Source: Mizuhopecten yessoensis (taxonomy: Eukaryota). From it: a stretch of 64,000 bases of DNA. Location: positions 6,164 to 70,163 of the forward strand of contig NW_018404492.1 of NCBI RefSeq assembly GCF_002113885.1, read 5' to 3'. Below the pieces are notes generated by a model, which saw nothing but the letters and a program-made list of their open reading frames with translations, was not told the DNA's origin and ran no database searches. A program made the position numbers and the translations under genes. Shown here piece by piece: positions 55,426 to 64,000 of this stretch (the stretch's first letter is position 1; each line of letters begins with the position of its first letter).

Positions 55426-58400
55426 GTGTTGACAGTGTCTCGGTGTAGATGAACATTGTGTAAGCCTATACTTGTTTGTGTTGACAGTGTTCCGGTGTAG
55501 ATGAACCTTGTGTAAGCCTATACTTGTTCGTGGTGACAGTGTCCCGGTGTAGATGAACATTGTGTAAGCCTAGCCTATACTTGTTGTGGTGACAGTATCC
55601 CGGTGTAGATGAACCTTGTGTAAGGCTATACTTGTTCGTGGCGACAGTGTCCCGGTGAAGATGAACATTGAACCTTGTGTAAGGCTATACTTGTTCGTGG
55701 TGACAGTGTCCAGGTGTAGATGAACATTGAGTAAACCTATACTTGTTTGTGGAGACAGTGTCCCGGTGGAGATGAACATTGGGTAAGCCTATACTTGATC
55801 GTGGTGACAGTGTCTCGGTGTAGATGAGCATTGTGTACGCCTATACTTGTTTGTGGAGACAGTGTCCCGGTGAAGATGAACATAGTGTAAGCCTATACTT
55901 GTTTGTGTTGACAGTGGTCCGTGTAGATGAACATTGTGTAAGCTTATACTTGTTTGTGGTGACAGTGTCCCGGTGTAGATGAGCATTGTGTAAGCCTATA
56001 CTTGTTTGTGTTGACAGTGTCCCGGTGAAGATGAACATAGTGTAAGCCTATACTTGTTGTGTTGACAGTATCCCGGTGTAGATGAACATTGTGTAAGCCT
56101 ATACTTGTTTGTGGTGACAGTGTCCCGGTGTAGATGAACATTGTGTTAGCCTATACTTGTTTGAACATTGTGTAAGCCTATACTTGTTGTGGTGACAGTA
56201 TCCCGGTGTAGATGAACATTGTGTAAGCCTATACTTGTTTGTGGTGACAGTGTCCCGGTGTAGATAGACATTGTGTAAGCCTATACTTGTTGTGGTGACA
56301 GTATCCCGGTGTAGATGAACATGGTGTAAGCCTATACATGTTTGTGTTGACAGTGTCCCGGTGTAGATGAACATAATCCTAAATTATACTTGTTTGTGGT
56401 GACAGTGTCCCGGTGTAGAGGAACATTGTGTTAGCCTATACTTGTTTGAACATTGTGTCAGCCTATACTTGTTGTGGTGACAGTATCCCGGTGTAGATGA
56501 ACATGGTGTAAGCCTATACATGTTTGTGTTGACAGTGTCCCGGTGTAGATGAACATCGTGTAAGCCTATACTTGTTTGTGGTGACAGTGTCGCGGTGTAG
56601 GTGAACATTGTGTAAGCCTATACTTGTTTGTGTTAACAGTGTCCCGGTGTAAATGAACATTGTGTAAGCCTATACTTGTTTGTGTTGACAGTGTTCCGAT
56701 GAAGATGAAAATTGTGTAAGCCTATACTTGTTTGTGTTGACAGTGTTCCGATGAAGATGAAAATTGTGTAAGCCTATACTTGTTTGTGTTGACAGTTGTT
56801 GTGGTGACAGTATCCCGGTGTAGATGAACATTGTGTAAGCCTATCCTTGTTTGTGGTGACAGTGTCCCGGTGTAGATGAGCATTGTGTAAGCCTATACTT
56901 GTTTGTGTTGACAGTTGTTGTGGTGACAGTATCCCGGTGTAGATGAACATGGTGTAAGCCTATACATGTTTGTGTTGACAGTGTCCCGGGGTAGATGAAC
57001 ATTGTGTAAGCCTATACTTATTTGTGTTGACAGTTTCCCGGTGTAAATGAACATTGTGTAAGCCTATACTTGTTTGTGGTGACAGTGTCCCGGTGTAAAT
57101 GAACATTGTGTAAGCCTATACTTGTTTTTCGACAGTGTCCCGGTGTAGAGGAACATTGTGTAAGCCATACTTGTTTGTGGTGACAGTGTCCCGGTGTAGA
57201 TGAACATTGTGTAAGCCTATACTTATTTGTGTTGACAGTGTCCCGGTGTAAATGAACATTGTGTAAGCCTATTCTTGTTTGTGTTAACAGTGTCCCGGTG
57301 TAAATGAACATTGTGTAAGCCTAGACTTGTTTTTGTTGACAGTGTCCCGGTGTAGAGGAACATTGTGTAATCCTTTACTTGTTTATGGTGACAGTGTCCC
57401 GGTGTAGATGAACATTGTATAAACCTATACTTGTTTGTGTTGACAGTGTCCCGGAGTAAATGAACGTTGTGTAAGCCTATACTTGTTTTTGTTGACAGTG
57501 TCCCGGTGTAAATGAACATTGTGTAAGCCTATACTTGTTTTTGTTGACAGTGTCTCGGTGTAGATGAACATTGTGTAAGCCTATACTTGTTTGCGTTGAC
57601 AGTGTCCCGGTGAAGATGAACATTGTGTAAGCCTATACTTGTTTGTGTTAACAGTGTCCCGGTGTAAATGAACATTGTGTAAGCCTATACTTGTTTTTGT
57701 TGACAGTGTCCCGGTGTAGAGGAACATTGTGTAATCCTTTACTTGTTTATGGTGACAGTGTCCCGGTGTAGATGAACATTGTGTAAACCTATACTTTTTT
57801 GTGTTGACAGTGTCCCGGTGTAGATGAACATTGTGTAAGCCTATCTATACTTGTTTGTGGTGACAGTGTCCCGGTGTAGATGAACATTGTGTAAATCTAT
57901 ACGTGTTTGTGGTGACATTTTCCCGGTGTAGATGAACGTTGTGTAAACCTATACTTGTCCGGTGTAGATGAACATTGTGTAAGCCTATACTTGTTTATGT
58001 TGACAGTGTCCCGGTGTAAATGAACATTGTGTAAGCCTAGACTTGTTTTTGTTGACAGTGTCCCGGTGTAGAGGAACATTGTGTAAGCCATACTTGTTTG
58101 TGGTGACAGTGTCCCGGTGTAGATGAACATTGCGTAAATCTATACGTGTTTGTGGTGACATTTTCCCGGTATAGATGAACGTTGTGTAAACCTATACTTG
58201 TTTGTGTTGACAATGTCCCGGTGTAGATGATCATTGTGTAAACCTATACTTGTTTGTGTTAACAGTGTCCCGGTGTAAATGAACATTGTGTAAGCCTAGA
58301 CTTGTTTTTGTTGACAGTGTCCCGGTGTAGAGGAACATTGTGTAATCATTTACTTGTTTATGGTGACAGTGTCCCGGTGTAGATGAACATTGTGTAAATC

Positions 58401-59614
58401 TATACGCGTTTGTGGTGATATTTTCCCGGTGTAGATGAACGTTGTGTAAACCTATACTTGTTTGTGTTGACAATGTCCCGGTGTAGATGATCATTGTGTA
58501 AACCTATACTTGTTTGTGTTAACAGTGTCCCGGTGTAGAGGAACATTGTGTAATCCTTTACTTGTTTATGGTGACAGTGTTCCGGTGTAGATGAACATTG
58601 TGTAAGCCTATACTTGTTTGTGTTGACAGTGTCCCGGTGTAGATGAACATAAACCTAAACTTGTTTGTGGTGACAGTGTCCCGGTGTAGATGAACATTGT
58701 GTAAATCTATACGTGTTTGTGGTGACATTTTCCCGGTGTAGATGAACGTTGTGTAAACCTATACTTGTTTGTGTTGACAATGTCCCGGTGTAGATGATCA
58801 TTGTGTAAACCTATACTTGTTTGTGTTAACAGTGTCCCGGTGTAGATGAACATTGTGTAAACCTATACTTATTTGTGTTAACAATGTCCCGGTGCAGATG
58901 AACATTGTGTAAACTTATACTTGTGTGTGGTGACAGTGTCCCGGTGTTGATGAACATTGTGTAAGCCTATGCTTGTTTGTGTTGACAGTGTCCCGGTGCA
59001 GATGAACATTGTGTAAACCTCTACTTGTTTGTGGTGACAGTGTCCCGGTGTAGATGAACATTGTGTAAACCTATACTTGTTTGTGTTAACAATGTCCCGG
59101 TGTAGATGAACATTGTGTAAACCTATACTTGTTTGTGTTGACAATGTCCCGGTGTAGATGAACATTGTGTAAACTTATACTTGTGTGTGTTGACAGTGTC
59201 CCGGTGTAGAGGAACATTGTGTAAGCCTATACTTGTTTGTGGTGACCGGGTCCCGGTGTAAATGAACATTGTGTAAGCCTATACTTGTTTGTGTTGACAG
59301 TGTCCCGGTGTAGATGAACATTGTGTAAGCCTATACTTGTTTGTGTTGACAGTGTTCCGATGAAGATGAAAATTGTGTAAGCCTATACTTGTTTGTGTTG
59401 ACAGTGTCCCGGTGTAAAGGAACATTGTGAAAGCCTATACTTGTTTGTGGTGACCGGGTCCCGGTGTAAATGAACATTATGTAAGCCTATACTTGTTTGT
59501 GTTGACAGTGTCCCGGTGTAGATAAACATTGTGTAAGCCTATACTTGTTTGTGTTGACAGTGTCCCGTTGTAGATGAACCCTGTGTAAGCCTGTTCTTGT
59601 TTGTGTTGACAGTG
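55426..59614. repeat. 52-bp minisatellite, about 80 copies, ending at an exon acceptor
   Basis: cctatacttgtttgtgKtgacagtgtcccggtgtagatgaacattgtgtaag. Confidence 0.97.
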
Positions 59615-59716
59615 ACCAAGGGTGAAATCAACTTCCACAATGCTGCCAAAGAGAACGATTTACCGGCCATAGAGAAACTTCTCTCGGACAGAGTGGACAT
59701 CAACTGTAAAAACAAC
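59613..59716 (+). CDS. ANKDD1A: Ankyrin repeat and death domain-containing 1-like protein, exon (TKGEINFHNAAKENDLPAIEKLLSDRVDINCKNN)
   Basis: ttgacag| acceptor and |gttagt donor, 104 bp, phase 1 to phase 0. Encodes an ankyrin repeat and joins in frame to 61047. Confidence 0.88.
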
Positions 59717-60183
59717 GTTAGTTTGTTTTCTAATTTTGTTTTGGTGTGTCCTGACTTTGAAGAATAAATATTTTCAATACGTCGTGTGTAAAAACGTAAT
59801 ATTTAGTTATTCTCCTCCATTGGACATTTGGAAAGATTATATTTTTCTGTAACAGTTAGATAGATGTTCACTTACCGATGACCAATTATAATAGCACTGC
59901 CATTGTGCAAACATATAGGCATTGCTTTACATAAGTGTATTTTCCTTTTTGACATTTGATCTTGTGGATAATGATAAAGTAAACACATCTTTACCAATCT
60001 TAATGGTAGGGAAACGAAATATCGACTCTTAGGGAAGAGCATTGACTTTCTAACCTTCGGCTAAAGTGAAAAAAACTGCCTCCGATTAAACTATCACAGT
60101 AGTCTCTTTAGGGGGATGATTTCTCAATCCTACCCTCAGGGCAAGGACTATCCTTTTCTTCGCATTCAAAATGTCTCATATGC

Positions 60184-60644
60184 GTATTGCTTTGTTCTGT
60201 TTATTGACCGTTTGACATTATTACTACACATACTCATCCAGTGTATGGGTATTACTTTGTTCTGTTTATTTACCGTTTGACATTATTACTACACATACAC
60301 ATCCATTGTATGGGTATTGCTTTGTTCTGTTTATTGACCGTTTGACATTATTACTACAAATACACATCTATTGTATGGGTATTGATTTGTTCTGTTTATT
60401 GACCGTTTGACATTATTACTACACATACACATCCAGTGTATGGGTATTACTTTGTTCTGTTTATTGACCGTTTGACATTATTACTACACATACACAGCCA
60501 GTGTATGGGTATTACTTTGTTCTGTTTATTTACCGTTTGACATTATTACTACACATACACATCCATTGTAAGGGTATTGCTCTGTTCTGTTTATTGACCG
60601 TTTGACATTATTACTACACATACACATCCATTGTATGGGTATTG
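60184..60644. repeat. 65-bp tandem repeat x7 (intronic)
   Basis: gtattgctttgttctgtttattgaccgtttgacattattactacacatacacatccattgtatgg. Confidence 0.96.
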
Positions 60645-61046
60645 GTTAATATTAATGCAGTTAAAGAGATGATGTGAATGAGGCCAAAAGTGACACAATT
60701 GATCTGGTTAATAAGATTCTTATTATATGTTAAATAGATAATACTGTATATGTAATAATAACTTTGCCCTGTTGTTGCTTCCTTTAATTGCGTTGTTTCT
60801 TGTTTAATTGTAAACGCCTGTATGACTCTCTAATCAAACAATTTCTATAAGCTTCCTTCTTTTATTTTAATTAAAATATATAACATGCTGATCTACTGAT
60901 CACTGTTTTAAGTGTGCTTGCAGAATTCTCATTGGTTGAATCAATGCCAAGCTAGCTGAAATTTGCAAGAAAAATATTTTTAGTGCTTTCTTCTGACACA
61001 GTTAGTACAATTTGTATTTGATCTTACTGTTAATTTTTAACCACAG

Positions 61047-61145
61047 CTGGACAGAACAGCGCTTCACTGGGCTGCTGCTAATGGCAATACGGCTATCATT
61101 GAGAAATTGATCGAAGGAGGAGCGGATCTGGAGGCTAAGGACAAG
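61047..61145 (+). CDS. ANKDD1A: ANKDD1-like exon (LDRTALHWAAANGNTAIIEKLIEGGADLEAKDK)
   Basis: ccacag| acceptor and aag|gtaatg donor. 99 bp encoding one canonical 33-aa ankyrin repeat, phase 0/0. Confidence 0.95.
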
Positions 61146-61669
61146 GTAATGACACCTACAGGGCTACCAGCTATACATAGACTCATGTCTAATTTGTCTT
61201 GTTAAGATGCGACTAACAATTGCAAATGCTGTATGTTGTAAGAAAGCGAACCCCTTTACAATCAAGTACTAGTACTATACCACTTCTTTCTCGTGACGTA
61301 TCGAGAATGTTCTTTCATTACGTGACGATCATGGATACATTTTTGAAAACTTGGTTCAAGATTTAGGATGTGGGATGTAAGCAAATACATCATACAACAT
61401 ACAAAATTTGTCATAAAATATACGGTTCATAATTATTTCATTAAGCATTCCTCTTGCTTTCCGAATGATTTAAACAAGTTTTAAATCTCTACGCATGCCG
61501 CTTTCCTTAGATATGTTATTTAAAGAGCATATTCCATTTAAGTTCCCTTATATTTAAAGTTTGACATCAGCCATTTACATCTCACACATATTTTTAAATC
61601 ATTTTGATAATTTCCTTTTATCATGGTCATTTTCATTTCCATTTGCTGTATCTATGATTTGCATATTGG

Positions 61670-63280
61670 GTCGACTTGTTGTTTCGGCAACTGATCCTGG
61701 TGTGTCGACTACTAATCATGTTCTGTCAACTACCAATCATGTAGTGTTTATTACTGATCACGTTGTGTCGAATACGGTTCATGTTGTGTTGATTACTGAT
61801 CACGTTGTGTCGCCTATGGATCATGTCGTGTTGATTACTGATATGATCGCATATTGATCATGTTGTGTCGACCATTGATCATGTTGTGTCGACCATTGAT
61901 CATGTTGTATATTGTGTCGACCATTGATCATGTTGTGTCGACCATTGATCATTTTTTGTGGACTATTGGTCATGTGTAGGCAACTGGACATGCTGTATGG
62001 ACTACTGATCATGGCATGTCGACTACTAATCATGGCATGTCGTGCTGTGTCGACTATTGATCATGTTGTGTCGACCATTGGTCATGTGTATCCTGTATGG
62101 ACTACTGATCATGGCATGTCGACTACTGATCGTGCTGTGTCGACCGTTGATCATATTTTGTCGACTATTGGTCATATGTGTGCTGTATGGACTACTGATC
62201 ATTGCATGTCGACTACTGACCGTGCTGTGGCGACTATTGATCATGTTGTGTCGACCATTGATCATGTTGTATATTGTGTCGACCATTGATCATGTTGTGT
62301 CGACCATTGATCATGTTGTGTCGACCATTGATCATATTTTTTCGACTATTGGTCATATGTATGCTGTATGGACTACTGATCATTGCATGTAGACTACTGA
62401 TCGTGCTGTGTCGACTATTGATAATGTTGTGTCGACCATTGATCATATTTTGTCGACTATTGGTCATATGTATTCTGTATGGACTACTGATCATGGCATG
62501 TCGACTGCTGATCGTGCTGTGTCGACTATTGATCATGTTGTGTCGACCATTGGTCATGTGAATCCTGTATGGACTACTGATCATGGCATGTCGTCTACTG
62601 ATCGTGCTGTGTCGACTATTGATCATGTTGTGTCGTCCATTGATCATATTTTGGTCGACTATTGGTCATGTGTATGCTGTCTGGACTACTGATCATTGCA
62701 TGTCGACTACTGACCGTGCTGTGGCGACTATTGATCATGTTGTGTCGACCATTGATCATATTTTTTCGACTATTGGTCATATGTATGCTGTATGGACTAT
62801 TGATCATGGGATATCGACTACTGATCGTGATGTGTCGACTATTGGTCATATGTATGCTGTATGGACTACTGGTCATTGCATGTCGACTACTGATCGTGCT
62901 GTGCCGACTATTGATCATGTTGTGTCGACCATTGGTCATGTGTATCCTGTATGGACTACTGATCATGGCATGTCGTCTACTGATCGTGCTGTGTCGACTA
63001 TTGATCATGTTGTGTCGTCCATTGATCATATTTTGGTCGACTATTGGTCATGTGTATGCTGTATCGACTACTGATCATTGCATGTCGACTACTTATCGTG
63101 CTGTGTCGACTATTGATCATGTTGTGTCGAACATTGGTCATATTTTGGTCGACTATTGGTCATGTGTATGCTGTATGGACTACTCATAATTGCATGTCGA
63201 CTACTGATCATGCTGTGTCGACTATTGATCATGTTGTGTCGACTATTGATCATGTTGTGTCGGCAACTGATCATGTTGTC
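61670..63280. repeat. 21-bp minisatellite with 90/111-bp higher-order units (intronic)
   Basis: Monomer gtcgaccattgatcatgttgt. The marker tatggactactga recurs at 62096, 62186, 62367, 62478 and 62568. Confidence 0.94.
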
Positions 63281-63395
63281 ATGACTTCAGAACAGTGAGT
63301 TGGCTATTTGTTATGCTGTGTATGCAACTGCTCCTGATTTACCGCCTGCATATCTTCTGTATTGGCTTCTGACGATGCTGTTTATTTTATTTCAG

Positions 63396-63494
63396 TATGG
63401 TATGCGGCCAGTTTTATGGGCAGCCTGGTTTGGTCACTTGGACGCCCTCAAACTACTCATTAACTCTGGTGCTACTGCTAAATGTTCTAACAAG
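63396..63494 (+). CDS. ANKDD1A: ANKDD1-like exon (YGMRPVLWAAWFGHLDALKLLINSGATAKCSNK)
   Basis: tttcag| acceptor and aag|gtgcgt donor, 99 bp. The GM...L.AWFGHL..L..L.NSGA...C..K pattern matches my recollection of vertebrate ANKDD1A. A versus B orthology cannot be resolved here. Confidence 0.93.
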
Positions 63495-63837
63495 GTGCGT
63501 TACTTTACGTATTCGTGATTCATTCCAACCTCGTTGAATCCCTGAATTTGATTATAATTTTTTATAGTATCAACTGAAAGTTTGCTATATTATAACGTTG
63601 TTTTCATAATCCATCAACATCTATGATGAAAACAACTGTAAAGTTTAGAATGAAACATAGTATATATATATATATAAAATACCTTTGTCTTTCTGTAGCA
63701 TGGCTTGTGGCGTATTCATTATGTCTCAGTGATTGTTTTGTTTTCGTTTTTGCTTTTTGACCTTTTAAACATGGTGAACAATTACTGTCTTTTGATTAGT
63801 TAAATGTGCGTAACAATTCCAGATATCTGTGTTTCAG

Positions 63838-63942
63838 CAAGGGATGTGTATACTCCACTGTGCTTCACAGAACAACAACGTTAATGTCATAAATTTCGTG
63901 CTGGAATCTCTCGAAAACGTCGACGTCAATGAAATGGAAAAG
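63838..63942 (+). CDS. ANKDD1A: ANKDD1-like exon (QGMCILHCASQNNNVNVINFVLESLENVDVNEMEK); gene continues beyond the window
   Basis: tttcag| acceptor and aag|gtagta donor, 105 bp, phase 0/0. LHCA.Q and F..E.LE.V resemble ANKDD1A. The death domain is not in the window. Confidence 0.93.
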
Positions 63943-64000
63943 GTAGTACGTATTCAATAAGTATGACAAGGTTCATGTCAATTTTCGAAGGCAAATCGTA

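Overview
This is AT-rich, repeat-dense animal genomic DNA, probably a mollusc or other lophotrochozoan (inferred from the TE types and intron style). One assembly gap lies at 1704-1843. Almost all long ORFs in the supplied track are artefacts of tandem repeats. The one convincing host gene is a plus-strand ankyrin-repeat gene resembling ANKDD1A/B, with exons at 59613-59716, 61047-61145, 63396-63494 and 63838-63942; it continues past the window. A phase-compatible candidate first coding exon lies 25 kb upstream (34270-34375). Mobile elements: a full-length but decayed DIRS1-type tyrosine-recombinase retrotransposon (7421-12920) with intact ITR/ICR ends and a nested TA-flanked MITE, a 5'-truncated CR1/L2-like LINE, a decayed Tc1, two copies of one tRNA-derived SINE, and several MITEs or hairpin elements. 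About 14 unrelated minisatellite arrays (21-66 bp units) are present. I see no clear-cut novel multi-gene system. The most unusual observation is that the 3' splice site of the 59613 exon is the last unit of a roughly 80-copy 52-bp satellite, whose units typically carry an acceptor, a 24-nt cassette and a GTAAG donor-like motif. A second satellite starts exactly on a SINE tail.
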